A DNA stretch of 64,000 nt from Cycas panzhihuaensis (Eukaryota; Plantae; Cycadophyta). The translations under genes were made by a program, and so were the position numbers. Location: the NCBI GenBank assembly GCA_023213395.1, contig CM041465.1, forward strand, positions 171,561,741 to 171,625,740, written 5' to 3'. Shown in pieces: positions 13,000 to 27,200 of the stretch; the stretch's first letter is position 1; each line of letters opens with the position of its first letter. The notes under the pieces were generated by a model. That model ran no database searches and had not been told where the DNA came from. It was given only the letters and a program-made list of their open reading frames with translations.

Positions 13000-15900
13000 T
13001 CACTCTATCTCATGCATATGAGCTCTAGTGGACTTCACTTATAAATAAGCTAAGGTTTAATATTTATAACCTTGCATTATAAATGATAAAAGAAAAAAAT
13101 TATATTATACTTATGCATTGATTAACTAACAAATGATGGTAGACAATGAGGGTTCAAAGATGTATTTTGAGCTCTATAGAACTCAAATTTATTGGAAATT
13201 ATAGAAGGGAATGTACCCCTTCATTTACTTCAATTTCCCATTTAGAAAAATAAATATTGCTACATGTGGAGGGAGATCCATGTTATTAAACATTGTATGG
13301 GAAACAATCAAGTGACAGATTGAGTGGCCACTTCATAGAGATAGTGTCTTTGATAAAATTAGATTATATAATTTGATCATTTAATGGTTAATAGCCATAA
13401 GAAATATCAATAGCTTTGGCTTGAATATGGTATTTCAAGCCCACAAAAATCTCTAAATTATATGGAGACAACAAAATTTTCCTCACTACTTATCAATTAT
13501 TAACGGAGCCAAAATTTGCATCACTTGCATAGTGCCTTATTAAAGTAATTTCGAATCTATCGCCCTTTTAATGTGGCTATATACATTCAAAATCTAAAAT
13601 CTATGCACCATACACCATTCTTTCTTTAAGCATTCAAACTAGCATATAATATATTCCCATTTCTCAACCTCTTTATAGTCCTCTCTATAACTGTATTTAT
13701 TGAATTATTCCTTTTAGCATAACACTTATTTAAATAGTTTATATTAATTCCATAAATATAGCAAGTCAATACAAAACATCTTCCTTTACCTCTTCCTTAA
13801 GGTATAGGAGCTGTGTTATTTCCTCTTCCATGAGATCTTCCTCTAGTAGTTTTAAAACTTGAAGCTTGAAAATTTTGAGCTTGAAAATTTTGAGAATATA
13901 TATTTCCTTGAGGATCCAGTCTCCTAAATCTTCCCCTTAAGCATGTTGTCGAGATAAATGGTTGCTTCATATCTTTATTGGAATTTTCCTTTCTTTCCTC
14001 TTCTATGAGTAGCATGGAAAGTAATTGATCAATTATAAGTGTAGATAAGTCTCTAATGACTTCTATGGTTGTTGTAATATTCTCAAACTTCTTAGCTCTT
14101 GTTACACACCATAGAATTTTCTCTACAACTCTTTGTTCTAGGACTTGTTCCCTTAGAGTTTGTATTTAAATCACTACATCTTTAATTCTAATGATAAAGC
14201 CATTGATTAACTCATAAGCACATATTCTAAGGCTCTTAAAGTTCTTTCTAGTTGTTTTTAATATTATACTTGTCGTACCATCATAAGTTATTTTAAAAGT
14301 ATCCCAAACTTGCTTAGCAATTATTCCACTTGGAAGGCAAGGGTATACTTCTTCTTCTAGATTTGCATAAATAAATTCAGGTGCAAGAGCATTCTTCATT
14401 TAAGTTTTTGGAGTTGAAAAAGTAAAACATTTAACACTATGCCTTAAAAACCTTTATTAGTTAATGAAATTTGCATTCTTATAGACCACCCCAAATAGTT
14501 CTTTCCATTATATTTGGGATAATAAATTTATATGAAGCCATTACAAAAGTTCACCTTAAATGCATATAAGACGGGCCACACATTCACACAGATATGTTAA
14601 TAAGATGATAGATACCCTATCCTAGATTTTAGGACCTCCTTCTACCTATTAATCCTTTATAGGACTTAATATATAAATTATAATAAATTTCTTAATAAAA
14701 TACTTTACTATAGCCTTCTAGGTTTTAAAACTCAATTTCCTTAGAGTTAAGAAATAGATTGAAAGATGATGTAGAGGGCGTAAAAGAAAATTTTATCTAG
14801 TTACCATGTAGGGATTTAATATAAAGGCTCCACTTTGGAATAAAATTTCTCCATGAAAATGGCACCAAAAAATATCATATCTTATATCAAAATGACTATT
14901 TTTTAGACAAGATTCCAAAATTTAGACTCTTTAGAAAATGGACTCCTAAAACTTAAGATATTAAAGAAAATACATAATTGCCCCTTTGTGAAAAATAAAA
15001 TTGGGTGGATTAGGGTTTAACCCCTCTTACTAATTAATGGTTGGATATATGAGACTATTAAGGACTAGGAGCTAAAGTCACTAAGAGCTAATAGACTCTG
15101 AATAGAATTCTAATCTAGCTTAATTTTTTTAAAATATTGTAAAATAAAAATACATATATATTGAGTGTTAAACATTTCACCTACATGTCAAAAATTCTTC
15201 CTCAGTCTATAAAAAAGTTAAATAAACTCTATAAATAATAGATCAAATGATATTCGTATAGGTGAGGTTGAGGCACTAATGGATCACTCAATGTAGATTC
15301 CTCATATACTTATAATGGGTATAGATAAGTTACACACCATAGAGACTGAATCTCCATGGAGCAACTTAAGATGACATAATCTCTAAAGGTAGAATGACTA
15401 TGAGTGATGAATCCAAGGGCATACGTCTCCACACATAGCAGTGAACCAACATAGTTCCACAGATGATTCACACTAGGATGGTCACATAATATGAATTAAA
15501 TGCACCATTTAGATAAGAAGATATATGTCATGGGGAGTATAATAAATATAAATGAATATAAATGATTTCAAATAAGGAGAACATATTTGAATAGATTCTC
15601 AAATAGACTTGGAATAACTCCATAATTAAATAGAAAATGGCTTCAAAATAAAATTGAACAAACTATAATAAGTATGTCTACCAACATACAAACTAGATAA
15701 TCTTGTATATGCAACTTAGGGTTTCTTTATCAAAATGGATAACACAAAAAACTGAATCTATATAGCCACCTCCTCATAATCAATAAACTAGGGTTTCACC
15801 TTAACACTGGTAAACTAGTAAACCTATAAAATAATAGACTTGTAATATATCTTTCTTTTTATCATAGCTCTAATATTTCACTTAAGCGCTAATACCATGT

Positions 15901-16200
15901 AGCAAAATGAAATTGATAGAAATTAATAATGTACAAATAAAAATAAACAAACACTATGATCATAATGGTACCCTTAAAGTACCTTAGATTAACACTAGAA
16001 TAATATTATAACTTTATTTAGTATGATATATTAAGTGTGTATTTATATTACATAAGTTGGCTATGCATGGGACCCACAACATAATGCCAACATAATAACA
16101 TAATTAATTATACAAATATGCATTGTAATTTTGCCTCATGAAGTATGAACCAAGCTATTTCAATAATATCAACCACTTAGATCATGTGTGAGAATCTTTA
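13000..16200 (-). mobile_element. Degenerate Ty1/Copia element (LTR, PBS, gag, RT remnant), copy 1
   Basis: PBS (plus strand gcgctaatacca, 15886-15897) is next to TG. Gag (UBN2-like) AKQVWDTFKITYDGTT...INGFIIRIKDVV at 14166-14399, an RGR-rich segment at 13797-14015, and an RT-like F.GLEI remnant near 13430. Confidence 0.75.
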
Positions 16201-16750
16201 CATCAACTAATCATGTGTCAACCATTAAACCACTTAAAGTAAGTACTACCTGAATATTTTAAAGTTCAGTATTCATATGCTCCCTCTTAATTCTTAATTT
16301 ATAAAACTTCTCAAATGTCTTTAAAACCATATTGGACCACCTTTTTATCATACCACCTATGAATACCAATAATCAAACTTATCTTCAACATGCTTATTTT
16401 ACTACAAGCAAATGTCATATTATATTATCTCATCTTACCACCTATAAATCATTAATCAAACACAATAAAAACTTATTATAACATAAAAAGTTTCTCCTTA
16501 ACAAAGTTATATCTTGTACTTATAAGTTACAAAATAAATTGATTAACTAATCAATAAGCCAAATTCACTAATGTCCATATAAAATAGCAACCATTTACCA
16601 AAATGCATGGTAAAATAATTTCTATAATTAGTAGTTAACTAAAAAGTATTTCATATATGTGGTTCATCATCCTCTTTAATAATAAACAACATACTTTAAG
16701 AATAAGCTAAACAACTTAGACAAATAAACATGTTATAATAAGAGTAGCTT

Positions 16751-16841
16751 ATAATTTTGTATAGGTAAACACTTGTAGTTTTCTTTAGTAACCATCAATA
16801 ATTTTGCATAGGTAACACTTGTAGTTTTCTTTAGTAACCAA
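16751..16841 (+). repeat. ~47 bp tandem duplication, present in both segmental copies
   Basis: ataattttg(t/c)ataggtaa(a)cacttgtagttttctttagtaacca occurs twice; the same pair is at ~50531-50621. Confidence 0.9.
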
Positions 16842-18633
16842 TCTCTCTTAATCACCTCATCAAACCAACAAAACCATAGAGGTATTAACATTATTAAGGA
16901 ATCTAAAAGTTGTACAATTACACTATTATTTTAAGTATCCTAATAAGATAGCTTGGATATGGCAAGATGATGGACAATGTCTATTATACAAAGTAAATGG
17001 ATTTCCTTCCCTTTGCTACACTCTAAAAAGGAATTTCTTGGGGATCATACCATAAAGTATAGTGCTATGGTGAATGGACTTTACTATTATAGGGGAGATT
17101 TACAAACTCAACATCCATATTATTCTTCAAATATGCATATATGTATCATTAGAAAATTAAGGTTGATATCATGTGAGATGAATATAAAAAAGAAAGTAGT
17201 ATAAAATACCATATTTAAATAATTAAATGATTATATATGTGTGTGTACTTAATAAAGGACTAATAAGAAATAGTTAGAAATACATGAAGATTTGAGAGCT
17301 TTAATCACACATACTAAGAACACTCATATATTCATATATTATAGGTATTTGCTTGTTTACTCAGTTATGAGAAATAATTATATGCACCTAGAAGAATTTA
17401 TATAAATTTATGTACACTAATTTAGAGTACACAACAATACACCACAAAGTAATTAATACATCATTAAGTGGTTACAATGATCACTCACATAATCCATGTA
17501 TTAAACTTTATCTTCAACACTTGACCATAATGTTTTATTCATTGTGATTTATAGAAAATACTTTTTGACTTTACCAAATAAGTGTGGGACCCCTTTAATT
17601 GTGCTTTCTTATTTTCTTCTTAATTCCCATATTAACTCTTCCAATTTAAGGCCCTTAAGCTTCAACATTATTTTTAGCTTTTAGGCATGATTTATCAATG
17701 TTTACATAAAGAAACAACCATCTAGTAGAATATATAAGTAGCCAATCACTGCAAATACTAGTTTTTTAGGAAGTTCTTCATATATATGGTTTATCTACAT
17801 CTATAAAATTTCATGAGTTATTTATTTATAATCTTTCCATGTATTCACACTTATCATAGTGCATTATAAAAGTAGGCCAAACTACCTAACTAAACAAATA
17901 CTAAGCCAAATGTTGTAGGGGCATAATATTAAAATTATTAACATGTAAGAAATAAGATTAAAATTAATATTTATAAGGTTTTTAACAAAATAATAATCAA
18001 TAGTTTGTATATTGGTTTTTGAAAAACTTTGCACCTTTTCTAGGGAAATTAAACCTTTATGTCTAGATTAAATTTTCTTTTAATTAAACATTCCTGAGAG
18101 TTTTCAGCTTTGCGTCTGCGTTTACTTAGGAAAAATGTCTGCGTCTGCTTTGGGGTTTTGGCGTTTAGCGTGGCGGAGGAAGGCCTAGTGCGGACTGGGA
18201 CGCGATGACATCCATTGGAGGGCCTTGGCAAGGTAGATAGGGACCTGCACAAGGTACTGGTTGGGTTCGCTCGTCCCATAGACCCCTTTTCGAGGGAAGA
18301 CGAATCAGGAAAGGTGCTAGAGAGGCGCGGCTCATGGCGTAACAGAAAGTCAGTCCAACGCCCTACTCTTTGGTTTATTTTAGAACGGCGGCCTCTTCAG
18401 AGCATTACAGTGTTAGCAGGGAGGCAGTTGGCGATTAGCTTTAGCCCCTGCTTGAAGATTGACAGCTCATTGGTGGAGCCTAAGTGGGATAGGAGTCTGG
18501 GGCGGTGTTGTGAATGCAGATTTATAGAGGAACCACTGGCCAGCAGACCTTTGTTTGTGGAATTCGAAGCCATGGTATGCTTATGCTTTCTTTGTTGGTT
18601 CTTCCTTACAGTTTTTAATATTTAAATTTGGAA

Positions 18634-20050
18634 ATGGATTATAATCCTCAAAACCACATTCAAATCCCCAACTTGACCTCAGGGAAATCCTACCGAGACG
18701 TATTGAAATCAAATGAAGAGGAAACCTTTGACCTAACGCCAATGGTTATTGACAACAAAGTTAGATTGAAAATACCCCTAACTCTTGTGGAGAGAACGAA
18801 AACTTTGGGAGAATTGCCTTGTTGGCAGATTCCTGGGACCTAGGCCGGGCCTAGAGACTATCAGAAGTTGGACAAGAGCTAAATAGAAAATGGCTAGAGG
18901 CATGGAAGTAATTGCCATGCCCAAGGGGTGTGTACTATTTAAATTCTCCTCTCATGAAGATATGTCTAGTATCCTGCTTAGGGCTCTATGGATGTTTGGC
19001 AGGAAAGCTTTGTCTCTTGAGAAATGGCATAGGGACTTTGATCCCTCTACTCCTAAAATTAAACAAGCCCCTTTACGGATTTAACTCCTGGGTCTTCCAT
19101 TACACCATTGGAACCCAGAAGTTTTTAAAGGCATAGCTAAAGCAGTTGGTCCTCTACTAGCAGTTGATTCTACGACAAAGAATAAGAGCAGACTCATTAA
19201 CACTAGAATATGTGCTCTAATATGGCTGGATAAACCCCTCCTGGACGATATCTGGATGGACATGCCAGATGGGAGTTGGGTGCAGCCGTTGATTTATGAA
19301 ATGGACCATATAAGATACTCCACTTGCAGAAACCTAGGGCATCTACCCCAAAAATGCCCAGGGGTTCAGCCTCCAATGGATGAGATTAATAAGGGATCCA
19401 CAGAACCAGATCTCCAGGATAGGAAGGAAAAGGATCAAGAGGCGGTACCAGAACATGCTGGTCATATGGCAGTAATAGAGACCCCCTTTAGGAATCTGGG
19501 CTTCGACCCCAACGAGGAGGATTCGCTCCTAGAGGAAGGTGAGCAAATTCCTCAAGCCTTTATGGCCTCAGGTAACCAGGTTGGCGAGGCCAGTTTAGGG
19601 GTTCCTCCCCCTGTTGAGACTACCAGCAAGACACAAACTATCCTATCTGTACCACAGCGGGCAGGGGATAAGCAAGCTGCGGGAAGGTTAGGTGTGTCCC
19701 CTACCGCAGAGGTTGAAGATGTTCCTAAGGAATCCAAGAACCAGAGACAGTGGGTTGGGGCTGAGGAGGCAGTGCCCATTCTAGAGGACTTAGGAGAGCC
19801 AGATCCAAATCCAACACCACAACCGAGTTCCCAGAAAAAGCAGCTGGATGTGGGAGTTGAAAAGAAGGTAGGGAGGCCACCCCTGAAGCTACTAAGAGAG
19901 AGAGAAGCGGTTGCCCAAGTAGACCAAGACAACAAAAAAACTTTAAAGGAAGTACTCCTAGAAGGGCCTACCCTTAGATCCAATACGATAGGCAAAGAGC
20001 CTCTGAAAGGAGAGCCTGCTGAAGTCTGGAAGCAAAGGAAAAAGAGATGA
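18634..20050 (+). pseudogene. LINE ORF1 (DUF4283-like domain plus zinc knuckle), disrupted
   Basis: WENCLVGRFLGPRP, FKFSSHED...LWMFGRKALSLEKW, LLGLPLHHW and the knuckle YSTCRNLGHLPQKC (first Cys lost). A frameshift near 18800 and internal stops. Confidence 0.88.
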
Positions 20051-23000
20051 AGCTAATATCATGGAATATCAGGCGTCTCAACGCCCACTCGAAGCAGAGG
20101 ATTATTAGGGATATGAGAGATAAATTTCTACTGGATCTGATATTCCTGCAGGAAACTAAAATGAATAAGGAGAATGGCCCAAGAATCAAGAACAAAATTT
20201 GGAAGACCGCTGAAAGTTTTGGGATCGAATATGCCCAAGGTACTGAGGGCTTATTGGTCCTATGCAATCTGTCAACATGGTCAGGAGAACTCTTCCTGGC
20301 AGAGGGATCTTTTATATCGGTTTGATTAATGAATAAAAGCAACAACCTATCGTGGTTAGCCACAAATGTTTATGCTCCAAATTGTCAAGAGGCCAGGAAA
20401 AGGCTATGGGACAGATTATTAGTGGCCCACAGGGATTGCCAGCAACCATGGCTACTGGCGGGCGACTTCAACTCGGCGCTGTCCCCGGGTCATAAGAAAG
20501 GAGGCTCTGGGGGATGGACAACTAGCATGGGAGAGTTTAGTGATTTCCTTTAGCAAGGGGGACTGGAGGACATAAAACTCAGGGCGGCTTCTTATACATG
20601 GTTAAATAAACGTTTGGGGAATGACTTAATTCAAATTAAACTGGATAGGGTGTTGGTCAATTATGACTAGATGAGGAGCTTTAATGACTTCACCCTTGAG
20701 GCATTACCGAGGATAAGCTCTGACCATTCCCCACTCTTGCTTCAATTTTCGGACCTGGGTAAATTTATAGGGTCCCCCTTCAAGTTCGAGCTAACATGGC
20801 TTCGTCACCCCGATCTTAGGAATAGGGTTGAGGAATGGTGGCGAATTCAAATCAAGGGCCACGCAATGTTTAGATTTTCGAAGAAGCTTAAATGGATTAA
20901 AAAATAAGTTAAGGCTTGGAACAAGGAGGTATTCCAAAATATTCATATGTAGAAGGATAAAACTATCAGTGATCTGAAAGATATTGAGGATAGGATTGAA
21001 CGTACGGGCATATCCCCTGAGCTAGATAAGACTGAGAAGGAGCTAGTTGAGAAGTCGGACGAGATTCTCATCAGAGAAGAAATCCACTAGAGATAGAAAT
21101 CCAGGGCTCTTTGGTTGGCTGAAGGCGACAGGAATACAAAATTTTTCCATATGACTACAGTTAAACATAGATCTAGCAATAGAACTTCCAGTCTTCAAAA
21201 GGAAGATGGCTCGGTTGTTAGCTCGACTGAAGAAATGAAGGAGTTGGCCAGCGACTACTTCAAGGATCTATTCACTGAACCCCAGGATGGGGACATGGAC
21301 AGTAGAAGAGACTTCCTAAACAACATCCCCAGGCTGGTGAATGAAGCTCAAAATGCACAGCTGAATGTTCTGTTCACTTTAGAGGAAGTCAGGATGGCTC
21401 TCTTTAGTATGAAAAAAGATAAAGCTTCTGGCCCTGATGGTTTTCCTTCAGATTTCTTCCAAGAGTATTGGGATATTATCAAAGGAGACCTAATGGAAGC
21501 CTTGCAGGAGTTCTATGTAAATAAAAAGATGCTGCAGGAATGGTAGACTACATTCCTAATCCTCATTCCCAAAAAAGAAGGAGCGAAAAGGATGGATGAG
21601 TTTCGTCCAATCAGTCTTTGTAAAGTTAAATACAAGATTTTTACCAAGGTCCTGGTCAACAGACTGAAGAGAATTATGCCAAATATTATCTCCCACAACC
21701 AGGACGGGTTTCTCCGAGGCAGGCAGATTTATGATGGATATATTGTTGTCTACGAAACAATCCATTCAGTTGCTAAAAGGAAGGAGCCTGCAATGCTCAT
21801 CAAGATCGATCTCACGAAGGCCTTCGATAGAGTCTCCTGGGAATGCCTGTTAAATTGCCTAGAGGCATTTGGCTTTGGGGAACCTTGGCGGTCTTGGATC
21901 AAGCTGTGTATTGGCAATCCTCAATTTTCTGTTATTATCAACGGTTCATCTTCCAGATTTTTTCCCAGATTTAGGGGGCTGAGGCAAGGAGATCCCCTTT
22001 CCCCCTTTTTATTCATCATGATGGTCGAAGTTCTTTGGCGTAACCACGGAGTCCGCTAGGAGGCTTGGGTTCTTAAACGACATCAAACCGACATCGGGGG
22101 TGGACAATGTGGTTCACCATCAATTTGTAGACGATAGTATCTTTCTTGGAAAAGTGTCTGTAAGGGAGGCCTCCAGATTTAAAGAGATCCTGGGGCTTTT
22201 TGAGAAGGCCACGAATCAGAAGATAAGTCTCAGGAAGAGCGATGTCTTTTTCTTAAATACCCCAGGATGTATCCAAGGCAGGATCAGTAGAATCCTAGGG
22301 ATGGATATAAAAAAGCTTCCCATAATTTATCTAGGTTTGCCCCTTTTTGTTGGCAAGATGCCCAAAGATATGTGGAACCCTCTTATAGATAGGATGTAAA
22401 GAAAGTTAGCGGGTTGGAAAGGTGCCCTCCTGAATCTAGCTGGAAAACTCCAGCTAGTTGCTTCTACCCTTCAAAGCATCCCAGTGTTTTGGATGTCCAT
22501 CTTTAGGGTTCCGCATGGTATCTCAGACATCATTGAATCAATCCAGAAAAGGTTTCTTTGGTCTGGGACATAAATTAAAGACAAGATTCATTTGGTGAGT
22601 TGGAGTAAAGTTTGTACTCTGAAATGGGCTGGTGGCCTTAATTTGTGAAGGCTCCCTCTCTTCAATGTCACCCTTGGGGCAAAGCTTGGGTGGAGATTAT
22701 TCAAAGGTGGGGAAAGACTTTGGGAGAGGATCCTTTCTAGAAAATACATTCAGGGGGGCTCCCTTTTGGATAGCAGTGTATCATTGGTTGGCTCTACCAT
22801 CTGGAGGAGCATCCTTAAAGCTTGGGCAGCTATCAGGGATGGCTTAAAATGGAGACTGGGTGATGGCAATTCCATCAGATTCTGGGAAGACGTGTGGTGT
22901 TGTGACAAGCCTCTGAAGGAGTTTCCTGACCCGATGCCTTTAATGGGACCTTGTGTTAGGCAATATGGTAAAATAATTAAAGATTATTGGTCTGGGAGAG

Positions 23001-24244
23001 AAGGGAGCAGGACCTGGAGGAATTTTGAGGATATCCATGGGATAGGCAGCCTGCAGGAGGGTCTCAATAAGATTAAAAGGTTTCTAGGGAAGAGTTATAT
23101 CCCTAGAACTCCTTCGCAGGATTCGATGGTGTGGCCCTCGAGCTCGTCAGGGGAGTATACAAAGGCAACAGGTTACCAAGATTTATGCTCGAAAAGAGAG
23201 GACAAGAAAAACCCATTGCTGGAAGGTGTCTGGAGGCTCCTCCTCATTCCGAAAATAACTCTCTTCTGGTGGACCTATCTTAAGAACAAAATTCTCATTG
23301 TAGATAACCTTCAAAAGCAAGGCTTTATGTTGGCTAACAGATGTATTTTATGCTGCAAAGGGGAGGAATCCATTTATCACATCATCCTTGAGTGCCCTTT
23401 CACAAGGGAAGTTTGGAGGATGTTGCTTGGGAAGCTGGAAGTGTGTTGGACATTCTTGCAAAAGACAGCTGACCTCTGGCTCGCTTGGCAAAGCCCATTC
23501 AAAAGTAATACTCTCAGCCACATCTAGAAGAATATGCTCCCGATTTTGGCATGGAATATTTGGAAAGAAAGGAACAGTAGGATCTTCCAGGGAAAAGAGA
23601 AGGACCAGATGGTTGTCTACAGCAGAATTTGTTCAGACATCAGAGAAAACATTGGAAATGTCAAAGAAAAATACATATCCCTGACAGAGAGTAGGATCTT
23701 GCTCAAATGGGGCATAGAACCTGAATTCGTGGAGTCTAAGCCCAAAAGTACTAGATGGATCCCTCTGAAGGAGCCCTGGTTCAAAATAAACTTTGACGGG
23801 GCAGAGAAAGGAAACCCTGGTGAAGCCGGGGGTGGGGGAATTTGTAGGGATTGTGAAGGCTCTCCCATCTGGGCCTTTGTGAACTATTATGAGAGCCAAA
23901 CGAACAACTATGCAGAAATGCATGCCATGCTTAAAGCCCTTGACTTAGCATGCTTAGGGAGCATTCAGAGGATGGTGATAGCGAGGGACTCTGAGGTTGT
24001 TTTAAACTCGCTAAAAGGTGAGGCCCTTCTGGACTGGAGATTTCAGGCCATAATCAAAGATGCCAAAGAGATCATCAAAGGTTTACCGGACATCTATATA
24101 AGACACACTCTGAGAGAAAGCAATAAAGCAACAAACTTCCTAGCTAATTGGGGGGTGAGGAACAAGAGGAGTCAAGTATGGAGATTTGATTTTCCTAGGG
24201 ACCTTCTGACTCTAGTTGACAAGGATTTGATCTGTAATAGCTAG
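20047..24244 (+). pseudogene. LINE ORF2 (APE endonuclease, reverse transcriptase, zf-RVT, RNase H), disrupted
   Basis: EN: SWNIR, LQETK, GDFN, SDHSP. RT: FRPISL, DLTKAFDRV, GLRQGDPLSPFLF, QFVDDS, YLGLPL. Zinc finger: RCILC...HIILEC. RNase H: KINFDGAEKGNPG...HTLRESN. Many TAG/TGA/TAA stops and a few frameshifts. Confidence 0.95.
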
Positions 24245-27200
24245 CCGCGGGGCTTGTCCTGTCATTCTAGTCCTTTTGCCTATTCCGTGGGGTTGTCACG
24301 ATTAATATTGATTTGCCATTCTATTGTTGTTGATGTACTAGGTTGTGGGAGCCTGTTTTCAAACCCACTTTAATTCATTTTATCTTACCAAAAAAAAATA
24401 AATATTCCTTTAATTATATATTTTTCATCTAATATGTCTCAACCTTGCCACAATGGTATTAGAGCTATTTGGGGTTATAATAGAATTGCACTGTAGCTAT
24501 CATAAGTACTCCAATTAGAAGAATCCTTAGGTACTAATAGAGATTCCTAACTTATTTTCAAGTACATAGCATCAGAAGAATTTAACCATTGATGTGTGAT
24601 GGATTGGAGCAGAAACTTAACATAATGAATTTAGTGGAGGCAATTGAGAATATTCCAAACTTCCTATAACAATGTCAACATTTCTCTTTCAGAGCATATC
24701 ACCATCAGTATTAGTAATTGATCCCATAATAGACTCATGAATATAAGAAGATTGAGATGGGAAAAACATTAAATTTAGTGATTCGAGGTACAAGATTCCT
24801 AGTAAGTGCATTAGGTAGGTTCAGTTTGAGTAAGCTTGTGACCCTTCAAAATAAGATAACACTGCCTACACTAGAGACTAACCACATCATATAAGACCAA
24901 AAGTAAAGTAATGATGAGTTTTCGCAGTATGCTAAACAAATTTAAAAAAAAAATCTAAGTTTTAAAAAAATTCCATTTTGAATATTCCATAGAGAGAAAC
25001 ATATTTCTTATTTAAATTTTTTGAGAACAAAACATGTTTACACATCTTACAATAATAATTATTCCTAGAGCTAAAATAGACCAAGAATCATCTAGATGAG
25101 GGAAAGAGACAATGTTAGAGTAGTATTTATAAATGTAATATTCAAGAAGGATAAAAGAATCATTTTTTACTATTTAGGAAGGAGAAAATACTAGCAAATT
25201 TTAAGCAAAACGTCAGTGGCTAGAAATGCTAGAGCTTTAATCAAGGAGTTGTAAGCTTGTAATGATTTATTATATCAAAAGGAGGATGGTGCATGTCGAA
25301 AAGGTGGAAACCAGCTCAAAATGTGGGAAGAATTAAATAATATATGGGATCCCCTTATCGAAATCAATGATAACATCAACATGATATAAGAGAAGGGTAG
25401 CCCAAAGTAAACAAATGTAAACACATTGAGATTCTCAAGTGATGATAGTCACAAATATTCTATCATCATGTGAAATTACCCATCTATTCTATAGATGGAG
25501 ATATATACATAAACAAATAGCTAATAAAACTATTTAACTTAAGAACACTTAGCTTTAAGAAAGCATCAAACCAAGTGGATTTGGTCGTCTCTTAATTATA
25601 AGGTTTAATCTACATATGGGTGATTAGTAGAAGGATCATCCTAAAATATTATTCTTCAACCGATTTAATAAAGATTTCTTTAAATACACTAAGGAAAACC
25701 AGGGTGATCCATATAAAATATACTTAACTCATTACTTCTAGGGGAACATGATCATGCTTGAATATATAAAGATGTTTAAAGCATTGTAGATAGAGGCTAG
25801 AATTAAATCTAGTAATGGTCTACCACTTTACTTGAGTAATATGAGGGTAGAAGCATGAGAAGACGTATCTTTTTTAGACCGGGGCACTTCAAAAGGCCAT
25901 ATACATAACACAATAGATTAAAAAAAACTAAGTAGTCATCTAAACCAACTAGATGGCACTCTAAAAGAAGTGATAAATATACATATAATTGAATAAGATA
26001 ATGTCCAAGACCTTAAGGAGCATGAATTTACTACCTTCACATTTTAGCTCACTTAAGAGGGAAGATATGGAGAAATCTAAGAAAATAGTATAAGTACTTT
26101 ATTTTGATTATGGATAGAAATGGGAAAGGTGACACTCATTAGTCTATCCAAAAAAAAACAAGTTCATACTATAAAATTAGAGGATGATCAAGGTGAAGAA
26201 TTATAGGATGTAGAAGAAAATCTTCTAAAAAATCAATAATACAAAGAAATTTTGAATACCCAAACCTTAGATGATGGGCATCTTGAAATCTTTATGATTA
26301 CCATGTTTAGAATCTAATGATCTAATACCATTAAGGTTTATGGATCTTTGAAGATAAATAGCATTAGTCTCAATAGGCTTGGGAAACACTCACTACCTTA
26401 TTAATATTAACATAACCAAAAGTTCAAGCCTTTATATGGATAAGAAGAAGTCTTTCAACATTTTAATATTAGGAGGTAACTAGGTTACATGCGACATGGA
26501 AGTGAACCATCAACAACTCTAACTAGGTAAGGTGATGATTATTATGGACTTCTATACTTTCAATATTAGAGGTTTTGAAGTTGTACATAGGGTCAAGTGG
26601 CTAAAATCCCTAAGTATGTATGGTCGTAATCATCATGAGAACTTTAATTACTTTTATATAAGCAAGCAATTATATCAAGTTTTGGGGATCAAAACACTAA
26701 AGATGTCTATTGTATTAATTGAAAAGATGATAAAGTATATACTTTTCTTTACCTATTGGTTTATTGAATAAATGTTCCTATACTTAGATAATGATGATTT
26801 CAACCATGGTAGATGGCGTTATAATTGTCCATACAAGCTCAATGAGTTAAGGAAAGGCTTCTTAGTACCCCTACAAGACATGTAATATCCTTCTCTTCCT
26901 CCTATTTATAATACTAATCTATTTTGTTCTCTTCTTTAGATGTTTCTTCATTTAAAACTCTTATTTTTAAATAAATTTTTTATTCTTACTATCATGGTTA
27001 TTATCATCTCATTTTGGTTTTTGTTTTTATTTTTGCAAAAATTCCATTTCTAGTGTACAACAAAGTTTACCATGATACTACTTTAAAACTTCATGGCATC
27101 ACTAAGAACTTCACGATACTAATTCTTTCATTTCTGTTTTTTTTTTTCCCACTATTGGTCATGCATTTATGGTACCTAATAAGGTATCAACTCACTTTTC

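Larger units (their letters stand above)
18087..24398 (+). mobile_element. Full-length L1-clade LINE with C-terminal RNase H, inactivated
   Basis: 5' UTR, ORF1, ORF2, short 3' UTR and A9 tail (24390-24398). 18 bp TSD taaattttcttttaatta (18069-18086) / taaatattcctttaatta (24399-24416). Single-copy empty site at 51851-51868. Confidence 0.97.
17911..26720 (+). mobile_element. Degenerate Ty3/Gypsy 5' portion (LTR, PBS, gag-protease) whose LTR is interrupted by the LINE
   Basis: ...ccttgccaCA-a-TGGTATTAGAGC (PBS 24454-24465). Decayed protease motifs near 26370 (LIDSGSTHNFI-like) and 26570 (G.EVV..VKWLKSL, from GxDVVLGVQWLKTL). The LTR start at 17911 is tentative. Confidence 0.6.

Noticed and set aside
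18215-18625. 136 aa sense ORF upstream of LINE ORF1
   Set aside because: It has a TTG start, no domain similarity I can recognise, and lies in the 5' UTR.
19552-19995. 147 aa antisense ORF in LINE ORF1, and antisense ORFs over the RLKs
   Set aside because: These are shadow ORFs of GC-richer coding sequence with no recognisable motifs.
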